The notes under the pieces were generated by a model, which worked only from the letters and a program-made list of their open reading frames with translations, ran no database searches and was not told the origin of the DNA. Below are positions 1-11,461 of a stretch of 64,000 bases of DNA, piece by piece (position 1 is the first letter of the stretch; every line of letters begins with the position of its first letter). This DNA is from Bilabrum cf. latius (taxonomy: Eukaryota): assembly GCA_965178125.1 (NCBI GenBank), contig OZ237752.1:992001-1056000 (forward strand), written 5' to 3'. A program made the position numbers and the translations under genes.

Positions 1-1
1 T

Positions 2-2089
2 GCTGACGGTAGCAGTGGTGGCGTGAGTGCAGGGGGTGCAGAGCGCGCCATGTACCGGGAGCTGGCGCGGCCGCAGACGCATGGACACCCGGTGCGAACA
101 GTGGCCGTGCTGCGGTCGCCGGGGGCGATGCATCGCATTGCAGCAGGGGCAGAGGAGAAGGTCGTTCGGGTTTACGACGCCACGCAGCCGTTCGTGGATC
201 GGGCCCGCGGGGCGGGTCGCCTGGCGCAGGTACGCAACGAGGGGGCCTTGGATCGGATCAAGAAGGCCGAGGAGGGCTGGAGAGGTGCCGGAGCCGCCGG
301 TGGCGCATGCGAAGGCGAAGGCGCGGACACGGACACGGACGCGGCAGCAGTGGCGCGCCGGCGCGTGTTGACGGCCCGCAGGTCGCGCGCCTACCTCCCC
401 ACGCTCGGGCTGTCGAACAAGGCCATCGTGGTGCGGGAGGGCGCGTCTGCCGTGGCCGAGGCTGCGTCTTGGTGGGACTCCAGAGGGGGGGCGGGGGAAC
501 AAGAGGGGGGTGAGGAGGAGCTGGAGGCGGCTGGGTCGGTGAAGGGCGTGCTGAAGCCAGCTCAGGGCAAGGGCGAGCGCGTGGGTGCCAAAGCACAGGC
601 GCCAGTGCAACCCGTGGCCAGCGCAGACACGCACGTCCTCTCTGGTGAGACGCTGCAGGACCGTCTGAAGCAGGAGCAGCTGATCAAGGACGCGGCCCGC
701 TTGGACAGGGAACAAGGGGCGCGGGCAGCGGCGGTGAAAAGCAGGGAGGAAGCGGAGAGGGTGGCCAAAGTGGGGGCCGCCGAGGAGGTGCAGGCCAGGC
801 TAAGCCAGGGGACTGCGGGGGCCGGTGACGGGGCAGTGCCTGCAGGCGAAGAAGATGCAGGGGCAGCAGGGGCAGAGGGAGAGGAGGAGGGGATGGGGAA
901 TGCTGCGTTGCCGCCAGAAACAGCATCAGCAGCCGCCGTGGATGGTCCCGCGGCAGATACAGCGGGAGCGCCTCGATCCACGAGTGCTCCCGGCTCGCCT
1001 CTTGTTCCCCCGCCCCCACTGCAGGACGAGCTCAGGGCCGAGACGTTGTTCCCCGAGACCGACAAGCTGTACTACCACGGCGATGAGATCGTGCGAGTGG
1101 CAGGGGACCCGATGGGCCGGTGCTTCGCCACGGCATGCAAGGCCAGGGACCCGGAGACCGCCGCGGTCCGCGTGTGGGATGCGCTCACATGCCGGCCCGT
1201 GTGCGACCTGAAGGACCACGCCTCCACGGCCTGTGCCCTGGCCTTCAGTCCCTGCGGGAGGTTCTTCCTGAGCGCCTCCAAGGACAGGCACGCGTGTCTG
1301 TACGCAGTCGTGGGGGCCGGGGATATCGAGGATAGGCGAGACTCTGGTGCCGGTGGTGGTGCCGGGCCCGGCCTGTCGCTGCTGGCTCGCTTCAAGGCGC
1401 ACAAGCGAATCGTCTTCGATGCGGACTGGGCACCCTGTGTGACGAGTGGGAACGAAGATGGTGTGACGAGTGTTGCGGTGTTCGCGACGTGCGGCAGGGA
1501 AGGCGCCGTGAAGGTGTGGAGGCTTGCCATGCCCGAGGTAGACACGGGGGCAGGGGCAGGGGCAGGGGCAGGGGCAGGGGCAGGGGCAGGGGCAGGGGCA
1601 GGGGCAGGGGCAGGGGCAGGGGAGCATGGCGATTCGTCGGGCGGGGGTGGAGGGGCGAGGAAGCCGGTGCTGTCGGAGGGCCCGGCTCCTCCTGCGTACA
1701 AGGAGCCGGTGACTGCGGTTGCGTTTGCGACCAGCTGTCCCCTGGCGGGCGAGGTTGCGACCGAGGGTGCCGCTGGTGGTGGTATCGGTGCTCGCACGCT
1801 GCTGCTTGCCGTGGGGCGGGAGTCGGGTGCAGTCGAGGTGTGGGGGGCTTCCTTATCAGCGGTCCAGTCGCATGGTCCCAAGTCGAAGGGTGTTTGGCAG
1901 AGGCTGGGAGAGGTCAAGCGCGCCGGGCCGTCCTCGGGCGCTGTGCGGCAACTGGCGTGGAGACCGGGACGGCGGGATGTCCCTGGCCTGGCCGAGGCCT
2001 GGGAAAGCGAGCTTGCCGTTGCGTCGGACGACTGCACGCTCCGAGTCTTTGACATCGCTTATGGGCAGAGGGGTCTTGCCTCAAGTTGA
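2..2089 (+). CDS. ELP2: Elongator complex protein 2 (WD40), 5'-truncated by the window edge
   Basis: Motifs GAEEKVVRVYD, LGLSNKA, ETLFPETDKLYYHGDE, FLSASKDR, AHKRIVFDADW and ASDDCTLRVF match the C-terminal propeller of Elp2. The frame is open from base 2, ends at TGA 2087-2089 and has no internal TAG. Confidence 0.9.
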   Translation, partial: ADGSSGGVSAGGAERAMYRELARPQTHGHPVRTVAVLRSPGAMHRIAAGAEEKVVRVYDATQPFVDRARGAGRLAQVRNEGALDRIKKAEEGWRGAGAAGGACEGEGADTDTDAAAVARRRVLTARRSRAYLPTLGLSNKAIVVREGASAVAEAASWWDSRGGAGEQEGGEEELEAAGSVKGVLKPAQGKGERVGAKAQAPVQPVASADTHVLSGETLQDRLKQEQLIKDAARLDREQGARAAAVKSREEAERVAKVGAAEEVQARLSQGTAGAGDGAVPAGEEDAGAAGAEGEEEGMGNAALPPETASAAAVDGPAADTAGAPRSTSAPGSPLVPPPPLQDELRAETLFPETDKLYYHGDEIVRVAGDPMGRCFATACKARDPETAAVRVWDALTCRPVCDLKDHASTACALAFSPCGRFFLSASKDRHACLYAVVGAGDIEDRRDSGAGGGAGPGLSLLARFKAHKRIVFDADWAPCVTSGNEDGVTSVAVFATCGREGAVKVWRLAMPEVDTGAGAGAGAGAGAGAGAGAGAGAGAGEHGDSSGGGGGARKPVLSEGPAPPAYKEPVTAVAFATSCPLAGEVATEGAAGGGIGARTLLLAVGRESGAVEVWGASLSAVQSHGPKSKGVWQRLGEVKRAGPSSGAVRQLAWRPGRRDVPGLAEAWESELAVASDDCTLRVFDIAYGQRGLASS
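1547..1618 (+). repeat. (GGGGCA)12 coding microsatellite (Gly-Ala run) in ELP2
   Basis: Directly visible hexamer run. Confidence 0.95.
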
Positions 2090-2237
2090 TCCGGGGGTCG
2101 CGGCGCGATTGAAACCGGAAGAAGCTGGCTGCGGGCATTGCCGGCGGGCAAGCCGAGGTTCGCTTGCGCTTAACTGAGCGGTATCTGATCGTTCCAGTCA
2201 ACACGCGAACCAGAAATACTCGAAGTGGTATAATAAT

Positions 2238-4424
2238 ATGAGCTAGTCGTGGCGGAGCCTCGATTTTCCGGACGGGCTGCGGCCGTTTGAAGGGCAAAAG
2301 CAGGTGCGCGTAGCAATCGAGTATGCAATCAAATCGAGAACAAACGCACTGATAGAGAGCCCAGCAGGAAGCGGCAAAACCCTTGCACTACTCTCATCGG
2401 CAGTAGCATGGACGCTTGCTCCCGCGGGACCTGAAATGCTCGAGCCGGTGCAATCTGGCAAAGGCGAGCAGATCAAGCGTAAACTCGTTATTTTTGCGTC
2501 CAGAACGCACTCCTAGCTCCAGAACGCAACCAAAGAGCTTCGAAGACTTATAGTTCAGCACGAAGCTGGCTTAGGTCACGGCAAGGGGTAGGGTTCTCCA
2601 AATGCTGAGGCAGGGACTGAGGTTCTGCAAGCAGGCAGCATGGTGGTGGCCGCGCAACCCGAACACGAGAGGATCGTACTCGCAACTATGGCTTCAAGGA
2701 GGCAACTATGTGTGAATTCAACTATCAGAGAGGCTGCGACATCAAAAGCTGAATCTTTGGACGCGGCGTGCGCGCACGCTTGCGAGACGGGCAGCTGCTC
2801 GCACGCAGATCCCTCCAAAGTGGCCAGGCTGGCAGACCTCGCTGCGGGACCTCAAGCACCCACCCAATCTAGTCTGCTAGACGTGGAAGACTTGGCCCGA
2901 CTGGGAGCCTCGAGAAGTTCCTGCTCGTTCTTCGCGTCCCGCCGACTGGCCGATTCGTGCAGCGTGCTCATGTGCCCCTACTCGTACCTGCTGCATCCCG
3001 GAACCAGAGAGCAGTCCGAGCTTGGGAAGCTCATGCGCAGCAGAGAGGTAATCATTGTCCTGGACGAGGCCCACAACATCGAGGAGGCGGCATGTGAGGC
3101 CTCCAGCGCAAGGGCGAGCAGGCGCGATATCTCGGCAGCGATGGGCATGCTCGCGGCCTCGGCTGCGTCGGTCAGCCCAGCCGCAACAAAATCGAACGGG
3201 CTGCCGGTGAAGTCCAGCGATGCTGCGTACTCTGCGCTGCAGGGGATGCGGACCTTTCTGCAAAGGCTGTTTGGCTGGTGCGAGGCCGCGGTGAAAGCGG
3301 CGCATGGCTGTGGCTGTGGCAGTGGCACAGGCCCTGCAGTGCCCTCAATCGGGGACAAGCGCGGTCGGCAAGCAGGAGGCAGCGCTGCCCAGACTGCTCC
3401 ATCAGGAAGCAGTAGCCCTGCAGGACCCCGCATGACCCCGTTTCCCCTGGGGGTGCAGCCCAGTGCCCCCTCGAGCGACCTGGCCAGACTCGGGGTCACT
3501 GCCGCGCTGGGCGCCGGGCCAGCGCGGCAGGTCCTGCGGGAGGCGTGCGCCGCCGCTGGGATACGAAGCGTGACCCGCGGTCTGGCAGACCTCCAGACCG
3601 CCATAACACGTCTGGGTAGCAGACGACGCCGCGCATTATCCAGCGGAACTAAGCGAGGACCCCAGCAGGGGTTCGTGCGCCTGGGGCGGGCCGCCCTGGC
3701 CCTGCTCGAGTCCATGTCCATCGCTGAACAGGCCCTTGAAGCGTGTGGGGGCGATGGCAGCGCGGCCGGTGGTACAGCTGCCAGTGGTGCGGGCAACTCC
3801 ACCGGTGGATTCTCGCTCATCCTGTCGAGGACAGGCAGGGGCCGGCAGCAGCAGCAGCGGGGGAACAGCCAGGGGTGGCAGATCGAGCTGCGGTGCCTCA
3901 CCCCGGCCCCCGCCCTGGCCCAGCTCAGCAGCTTGGCTCGGTCCATTATCATGGCCAGCGGTACCCTGGGCGACATGCAGGGCCTGCAGGACAGGCTGGG
4001 GCTGCCCTTCCCAGTGCGGGCCAGCGCCCCGCACCCTGCCGACGTGGGCTACCAGCTGATGGCAATGGCGTTCAAGAGCGGGCCCACAGGTGGACCCCTG
4101 GAGCTGCGACACACCCACGACCAGGCCAGCAGGCAGCGATACATCGACGAGGTGGGTCGGTGCATCGCGCGGCTGTCCGACTGCACCCCGGCCCCTGGTG
4201 GCATCCTCGTTTTCTTCCCCAGCTTTGGCCTGCTGGAGGCGTGTAGGCGGCGGTGGGCCGCATCCGGGCAGGCCACTGCCCTTGAGGCTACGAGGCACCT
4301 GCGCTTCGAGCGATCGGGCATGGGCGAGGTGGCACACCGGGCGGAGGTGGGGGCCTTCTTGGCAACTGCCGCTGCCGCTAGTGGGGGATGGTGTGCCTCT
4401 TCCGGAGACAGGCAGCAGCAACAG

Positions 4425-4456
<32 letters not shown>

Positions 4457-7400
4457 ACAGCAGCAGCAGCAGCAGCAGTAGCTGATAGCGCCAGCAGGAG
4501 ACGGGAAAAGGGGGCCGAATGGCTCCACACCTACGGAGAGCAAGACAGCGTCACCCGCAAGAAGCTCACCCCCCGCTGTGGGGTCCCCCTCAAGGGTCCA
4601 ACCCCAGGAGAACCCCAGCGCGGGGTCATCCTCGAGCCCCTCCCCAACTGAGCCGCCGGCTACTGCCCGGGCCAGGCGGCTGCAGCGCCGCAGGAACCTC
4701 ATGAGAAAAAGGCAAGCAAGCGCTGCGCAGCTTCCCGGTGCAAGCAGTGGGAGGGCCTTGCCCGCTGCGGAGGCACCAGCAGCAACCAGTGCAGTAGTGG
4801 CAACAGCTGCTCTCTCTCTGGCGGGTCAAGAGGCCTCCAATGCCGTTGCCCAGGCAGTGTTCTCTGACAAGGACCGCCGCAGCGGATCCATGCTGTTCGC
4901 CGTGCACAGGGGCCGATCTAGCGAGGGATTCGATTTCAGGGACGACGCCGCCCGGCTCGTTGTGCTGGTGGGCGTGCCCTTCCTGGCTCTGGGAGACCCC
5001 GGGGTGGTGCTGAAGAAGAGGCATGATGCGGCTAGGAGGGCGAGGGCACAGCCTGTCTGGGCCAGGGGCGGGGCTGCATCGGCGGGACCAGGGGCAGGGG
5101 TTGCTGTTCCCTCGAGCAGTGGCCTCGCGGGGAAGCGTGCCGCTGGTGCCAGCGTCTCGAAAGCGGCCGGAACCCTGTCTGGCAAGACCGCCGCCAGCCC
5201 CACGCCTCCCGACTGGTACACGGCACAGGCCTTCTTGGCCCTGAACCAGGCAGCCGGGCGGTGCCTGCGCCACGCCAAGGACCACGGGGCCGTCGTGTTC
5301 CTGGACGCGCGGATGACCCAGCCCAGGTGGCAGTCGGGGCTCAGTGCATGGATGCGGCCTGCACTCCGGGGAGAATTGCCGTGGGACGCGGTGCAAGGGG
5401 AGATGCGCCGCTTCTTTGCGGGACAGGGGCGGGGTACTGGCATCGTGCCAGACGGGGGCAGCACGGATAGCAGCTTGGCAGCTGAGTCGGCCTTGCCTGG
5501 GCAAGCCGGTACGAGCGTCGCATTCTATGGCGATGGGGCCGGGAATGGGGCCGCATCCCCAGCTGATCAACAGGACCACTCAGTTCCCCTAGCCGTGCCG
5601 AGGCTTCCATCAGTGGCCTCTAGATCGGGAGGGGGGGCAGCTTTGGCCACAAGCGGCCGAGCGGTAATGGGCACAGTCGCGAAGACTCCGGCAAGACCGA
5701 CTGAGGAGCCCACGCGCACGCCATCTGCAGCTCGTGCCGACGGCAACAGCAGCAGCAGCAGCATGAGGATGAGGATGAGGATCGATCCCGACGATCCAGC
5801 TGGTGCACGTGGGGGTGCACTCGTCCCCGCAACAGGACCAAGGAGTATTTCCCATGTGATCGAGGGAACACACCAACTGTCTCACGCTGCAGCAGCATCT
5901 CGTAAGCACAGGCAGAAAGCAGCAGCTCGGGCCAGCGGTCCTTTCTCCTATGAAGCCGCAGGTCCTGCTCTCCCAAACGGCGGGCGGGGATGGGCCGCAG
6001 CTCTAGGCCGGTCTACCGCGATGCAGCGGGCCCCCAGCAGCACGCTCTCTCCCAAGCAATCAGCTGCTTCCACCCCTGCAGTGGTCCAGGCGGAGACACC
6101 CCCGACCGCGCCAGGGTCTGCAAACTCAGGCAGCCTCAGCACCGCCGAGGGCACTCCCTGGCGCGGTCTGCTTGGAGCGACTGGGACAAGACCTGGGGAC
6201 GATGCTGCCAAGGGCTCCACCCCCAGCACGCCAACTGCCCCTCACAGGCTGTGGTGCAAGAGGTGCGGCGCCCTTGCCTTTGACCTGGCGGGGCAGCTTA
6301 TCGGGCCAGAGGGACACTCACCGGAGCGCGTGCCCATCGACGGGGCAGTGCTGGGGCTGTACCCAGCCTCGCCTCCATCGCTATCAGCCCCGTGGCCCCG
6401 TGGTGGAGTTAAAGGTATTCGAGTCGGCTCGCTCAGCCGCGCAACCGCCATGGGGTCCAGCGGTCTAGCGATCGCGGGGGGCTCCTCCTCCTTATCGTCC
6501 TCGTCCTCGTCCTCGTCCTCTGCCTAGTCAGCCCCGGGGAGACAGGCCACCTCTGACGGGTTTCTCCTCGTGCACAGCCCCAGCACAATGGTGGGTGCGT
6601 GCCTGATCGTGTGCTTTAGGTGTCGCGCCGCAGGGCACTCTTGGGAGCACGCGGCAGTTGGCGTCAGGATCGAGATGGCGGGATCCAGGCACGCGGGGCT
6701 CATCGGGAGCGCGTGGGCACTTTCGGATCGCGTGCGGGGCGCTGGAGGCAGCCACAGGGGGTCCATTGGGGGGCAGGGAGCCCACGCAGACCGCCATCCG
6801 TGGGGCCTGCTGCCTGGTGCTGCCTCACCTGTGCACCCGTCACCGGCAGATGTGCACCTATCTTGGTCAGCAGCCCAGGGGGGAGGCAGAACCTTGACTA
6901 CCCTTGGCACTGGCACTGGCACTGGCACTGGCACTGGCACTGGCACTGGCACTGGCACTGGCACTGGCACTGGCACTGGCACTGGCACTGGCACTGGCAC
7001 TGGCACTGGCATAATACAGACTGCGAGCAAGGGCGGTGAGATTGCCAAAGGCAAGGGGAAGGGGAAGGGGAATCATACACTGGATGCATTGGATGCACTG
7101 GACTCGGACGACTCCTCCTTGGGGTCCGAACATGAAGATGAAGACATGCCGACAGCCAGTCCGCACTGCAGCCCTGACTCGCCCAGGAGCCCTGGGTCTG
7201 TTGCGGGAGTGACACAAGGGGGATTCAGGCCAGGCATAGCGAAGATGAGGAGCGGAGGGCTGCAGCCGTCGAGCTCGGCCCTGGGCGGAGCAGGAGCACC
7301 TCGAGGTGTACTGCAAGGAGCACCTCGAGGTGTATTGCAAGGAGCACCTCGAGGTGTACTGCAAGGAGCACCTCAAGGCGTATTGCAAGGAGCACCTCGA

Positions 7401-7934
7401 GGTGTACTGCAAGGCGCGTGGGGCGCGGGTCAGCAAGCCGGGCAGCAGGGCATGCAGCGGGGCGTGCAGCCGTCCTATGGGTCTGTGGAGAGTCTTCGCG
7501 CAGAGGAGATCGATCTGAGCGAAGGTGCAGCTGCAGCATTACTGCAGGCTGCTGAGGAGCTGGGCAGCAAGCAGCAGCACGCCGGTGTCTCGGCTGGGGG
7601 CGTGGCCGGTGGCGGCCTAGCAGACGCGCGCAGGAGACTCGACTGGGGAGCTCATTGGAGAGCGATTGCACCTACAGCACGGGTGCCTTCCCCACAGGAT
7701 GGAGCTGGGCTGGGTGTCGGTGTCAGTGCCAGTGCCAGTGGTGACATCCACGGCGAGGGCAGCAGCAACCCGCGCGGCGCCGATGGGGCCCAGGGCGCGG
7801 TGCAGCTGGCGATGCAGGCGTCGCTCGAACCGCAAAATCGCGGGCAGCTTGCGCTGCTTCGAAATCGGGTGGGGAAACCTCCGCGCTCCCCTGTCAGCGC
7901 TTCTTCTGTGTCAAGCGTGGAGTCGTGTAGTTGA
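2238..7934 (+). CDS. BRIP1: FANCJ/BRIP1-like (XPD/Rad3 family) Fe-S DEAH DNA helicase, ~1898 aa with TAG=Gln
   Basis: ATG 2238; single frame with TAG at 2244, 2514, 2589, 4479 and 6525; ends TGA 7932-7934. Motifs: FPDGLRPFEGQ, ESPAGSGKT, ASRTHS[TAG]L, Fe-S cysteines (LCVN..AC..SC..CSFF), CPYSYLL, LDEAHNIE, SGTL, FFPSF, SEGFDFRDDAAR, ALNQAAGRCLRH. RTEL1 is not excluded. Confidence 0.8.
4413..4481 (+). repeat. CAG/CAA polyglutamine run (22 codons) followed by an in-frame TAG
   Basis: Directly visible; the frame continues after the TAG. Confidence 0.95.
6906..7010 (+). repeat. (GGCACT)17 coding microsatellite (Gly-Thr run)
   Basis: Directly visible. Confidence 0.95.
7293..7412 (+). repeat. 24-bp coding repeat x5 (GAPRGVLQ)
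   Basis: GGAGCACCTCGAGGTGTACTGCAA units. Confidence 0.9.
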
Positions 7935-8002
7935 GCCAACGGAACCCGGCGGTGCTTGTCGTATTGCTGCAAAGTTGAAGTTTTCTGGTTCATCCACGCA
8001 TC

Positions 8003-8320
8003 TCATACCCAAAGACCAGCTGTAAGCGCCAAGAAAAGCGTACCAAACCCAAGAAATAGCGACGCAGCTGCGGCTACAATCACCTCCATCACAAACTTGC
8101 CAACGAAGCTTGAATCCTTCCCCTACCGCGGTGTAACACAGAAATAAGAGCTTGCAGCGAATCCTACCAACAAAAGTACAATTGCTAGCGGTAGGAACAT
8201 GCTGTGCGGTAGAGGGGGCTGGTACGTCACAAAATCTGCAGCCGCCTGCGGTTGTGAAAGGTGCCAGCTGGACAGCTTATGAGAAGAGCGAATCGAGGGA
8301 ACGACAGCAACGCGACCCAT
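8003..8320 (-). CDS. TMEM258: Oligosaccharyltransferase subunit OST5/TMEM258
   Basis: Reading through the TAG at 8123-8125 gives ...YQPPLPHSMFLPLAIVLLLVGF...PR[Q]GKDSSFVGKFVMEVIVAAAASLFLGFGTLFLALTAGLWV-TGA. This matches the family C-terminus (E..AS.F.GFG.LFL....G.YV). The start codon is uncertain. Confidence 0.85.
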
Positions 8321-8453
8321 CTATGCTGCTTCTGCAAATAGGTCCATAGCACAAGTGCTCACCATGTCTCCTATACTTGATTGTGGAGGATCTTTGCGTG
8401 CACTCGAGAAAATATCAGTATTAACACTTTATAATACCACCGAAGATGCGAGA

Positions 8454-9191
8454 ATGGACTTCACTCCAACATATCAAAGGTCAATGGCAGCCGCGGAAGC
8501 GCCTAAGGTAGTTGTGACGGAACGAAAGACAATGGGCTCCGATGAGCCGGTGTCCGCCTCCTCCTTTGGGCTCCGTGATGATGCCCTGACGCACGATTCA
8601 TTGCTAGCATGCCGCGATGATGACCGGAAGCGATTCTACGACGAGCTCGACGCATTTGAGAACTTTCCCAAGGAAGGCATCCGATTCTTTGATATGTTTA
8701 GCCTGATGAGAAGCCCATCCACGTGCCAGCTTCTTCTAGGCTGCCTGACCCGAGGCATTAGACTGGCGTTCCCGGCGGCGACTGCGATCGCGGGGCTTGA
8801 TTCGAGAGGCTTCCTGTTCGGGCCGTCGGCTGCTGCATCGCTGGGCATGCGTTTCATTCCTGTTCGCAAGGCAGGCAAGCTTCCGGGCCGATGCCTCACA
8901 GCAGGATACTCAACCGAGTACAGCAATGCGAGCGGGGAGGTGCAGGTGCTCGCCGTGCGAGCGCCGGGCAGGGACAAGGCCGGGGCTGCGTCCGACGGCG
9001 AAGACGTGCCCAAGGAGAAGATAGTGGTGGTAGACGACCTCCTCGCCACGGGAGGCACCCTCGCTGCCTCCGTGGCGCTGCTGGAGGGGGCGGGCGCAGA
9101 GGTGCTCGGCTGCGTGGTGGCGATCGAGCTGCCCGAGCTCGATGGGGCGGCAAAGGTTGGCAAGCCCGTAAAGACGCTTTTGCGGTGTTGA
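8454..9191 (+). CDS. APRT: Adenine phosphoribosyltransferase
   Basis: NFPKEGIRFFD, AGLDSRGFLFG, RKAGKLPG and PRPP-binding VVVDDLLATGGT; ends TGA. Start is 8454 or 8484. Confidence 0.92.
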   Translation: MDFTPTYQRSMAAAEAPKVVVTERKTMGSDEPVSASSFGLRDDALTHDSLLACRDDDRKRFYDELDAFENFPKEGIRFFDMFSLMRSPSTCQLLLGCLTRGIRLAFPAATAIAGLDSRGFLFGPSAAASLGMRFIPVRKAGKLPGRCLTAGYSTEYSNASGEVQVLAVRAPGRDKAGAASDGEDVPKEKIVVVDDLLATGGTLAASVALLEGAGAEVLGCVVAIELPELDGAAKVGKPVKTLLRC

Positions 9192-9270
9192 TTTGCCGAT
9201 AGAGTATATACATTGCCACGAGATGAGCCCGGCCAACCGTTCATCAATCAATGAGTTGGCAACCCTCCGG

Positions 9271-9716
9271 TGCACCGCTGCTGCCATTGCCATTCGGACC
9301 CCTGCACCGCTGCTGCCATGGGGACCCCTGCACCGCTGCTGCCATGGGGACCCCTGCACCGCTGCTGCCATTGCCATTCGGACCCCTGCACCGCTGCTGC
9401 CATGGGGACCGCTGCACCGCTGCTGCCATGGGGACCCCTGCACCGCTGCTGCCATTGCCATTCGGACCCCTGCACTGCTGCTGCCATGGGGACCCCTGCA
9501 CCGCTGCTGCCATGGGGACCCCTGCACCGCTGCTGCCATGGGGACCGCTGCACCGCTGCTGCCATGGGGACCGCTGCACCGCTGCTGCCATGGGGACCCC
9601 TGCACCGCTGCTGCCATGGGGACCCCTGCACCGCTGCTGCCATGGGGACCGCTGCACCGCTGCTGCCATGGGGACCGCTGCACCGCTGCTGCCATGGGGA
9701 CCCCTGCACCGCTGCT
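9271..9716. repeat. Minisatellite, ~17 copies of a 26-bp unit with a 32-bp variant
   Basis: Unit TGCACCGCTGCTGCCATGGGGACC(C/G)C; variant ...GCCATTGCCATTCGGACCCC. No spacers, and the unit length is not a multiple of 3. Confidence 0.92.
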
Positions 9717-9984
9717 CGTCGCCAACAGCACCTCGTTGTTTAGTACAGATGGCTTCGATTGCGTGTTTAACCAAGCTGCGCTCGCTCTCACGTGGGGACC
9801 GGCTGCTACTGGATCGTCGGAGCGGCAGTCAGATTTGCGGATGATATAATCGATGAGGCAGACCGCTGACCGCTGACCGCTGCCCGCTGCCATCAACAAC
9901 CCAACTATCGTCTCCCCCTGAACTCGGTTTTCCATATTGGCCGGATTAATAGCCGTTGCCTTGACTTTTGCATTCGCTGCCGCT

Positions 9985-10705
9985 ATGAGCCACGTGGCAA
10001 TGGTGATGATGCTCGGCGAGGTGCTGGGGTGTACGTTGGGAGGTAAGGCGGATGCATGCGAGCACTGTGTGGTCCTCTTGGCCATCCTGGGTGCTGCCAC
10101 CGTGCAGTGCGCCGAGTCCGGGCCCGGCGGCCCGTTCGGGGCGATGCTGCGATGCTTGGCGTCGAGGGACTTTCTGCGTCATGGCAGGAGCACCCTGGGG
10201 CTGGCGGGGTGCACTGCACTGTGCACCGCAGGGGGGCTGGCAGACGAGCTGCTCCGCGCGGTGGTCTAGTTCGCTCGGCTGGGGAGATGGAGGCGTAGCC
10301 TGCCGGAGGCCAGGGAACAAGGGAAGCCGGACCTTGTCCCTTGTCCCGGAGGACCACTGGTGGCTGTGGGATCCGGAGTTGGAAATCTTGTGGGGCGAGT
10401 TCTGGGAGGAGACGGCGACCGGCCGGTACCTGGTTTGGCTGGTGACCATGACCGTGGTGGTGGGCTGGAGGGGGCTCTGGGGCCACGCATTCGTGATGGC
10501 TGCGTCCGGGTACGAGGCCATCGTGCACCTGTACCCTTCCATCCGGATGGCACTGTGCGGGAGCGGGCCTGTGCTTCCTAGTGTGGAGAGGAGGGTGGAG
10601 GCAGGCTCTGTGAGATATGGAGGACTTGGAGGGGGCCCACACGTGAACGGGGAGGCCTCACCGCAGGCCATCCCTAGGATAAACCGCCCGCTGAGAGAGT
10701 TGTGA
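9985..10705 (+). CDS. Hypothetical membrane protein; structure unresolved (intron, frameshift or pseudogene)
   Basis: Hydrophobic, coding-like text in one frame (9985-~10300) and in another frame (EDHWWLWDPELEILWGEFWEE...YLVWLVTMTVVVGW, ending TGA 10705). The junction was not found. Confidence 0.3.
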
Positions 10706-11026
10706 TGCGTGTGAAGGGTGGATCATGATATATTTAAATTGACTCATGCATCGGGCGCAGCAAGCCTGCAATACCGCAGCCAAGCGGCTGCGCCTGCATG
10801 CATCATGTGGTAGTCATCAGTGCCACACTGGCTGTGATGGTCGCCGCGAAGAGTCGCGGCAGGCGCGCCACGTCACAACTCAGCTACTAGCCTGGCACCA
10901 CCCGCGCGACTGAGCTTCAGCCTGACTGATCGACCAGATTTCTACCAGTCGGCCGAGTTGTTCTCCTAAGGTAAAGTGCGCCATCGACCTTTGCCGATCG
11001 ATCTTACGGATTTGTCGGCAAAGTTG

Positions 11027-11461
11027 ATGGAGCGACTGGCTGCTGAAGATACTATCATGGGATCAGAGCCCAAGGTTGATACAGAAGAATACGCAATTAA
11101 GCATGGATTTGTAAGAGAGCAGGCGGACCGCAACGCCCGCTTGTACGTAGCTATCGCTGGGGCTGTGTTGTTTGTCGGCCTTTTGGCAGGGCTCTTTATC
11201 CCGGAAGGAATCTCGCGCTGGTGGAGGTGGACAGCATTCCTACCTCTAACTATGATGAGTATTGGTATCATGTGGTACCGTGGGATGTGAGGGTGCGCCG
11301 CCGTGGGGATGTGGGCCCCGGACGGGGGGCCTTTTCGACAGATAAAAAGCAAGCACTTCAGGGACGCAATGCTCGCCAAGTTTTGGTGGACAGTCGCATA
11401 TATGGCAGTGTTTGTTTTTGGACTGCAAGCTGTTCTGCTTGCAGTGCCTGAGCGAGGCTGA
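11027..11461 (+). CDS. Probable membrane selenoprotein (MSP-like), 144 aa, Sec at TGA 11288-11290
   Basis: Two TM helices and SRWWRWTAFLP precede the TGA. The frame continues GCAAVGMWAPDGGPFRQIK.. plus a third TM helix to TGA 11459-11461. A SECIS-like hairpin lies downstream. Confidence 0.65.

Noticed and set aside
9193-9849. Multiple overlapping ORFs (PLLPWGPLHRCCHGD repeats)
   Set aside because: These arise from a stop-free 26-bp minisatellite cycling through frames.
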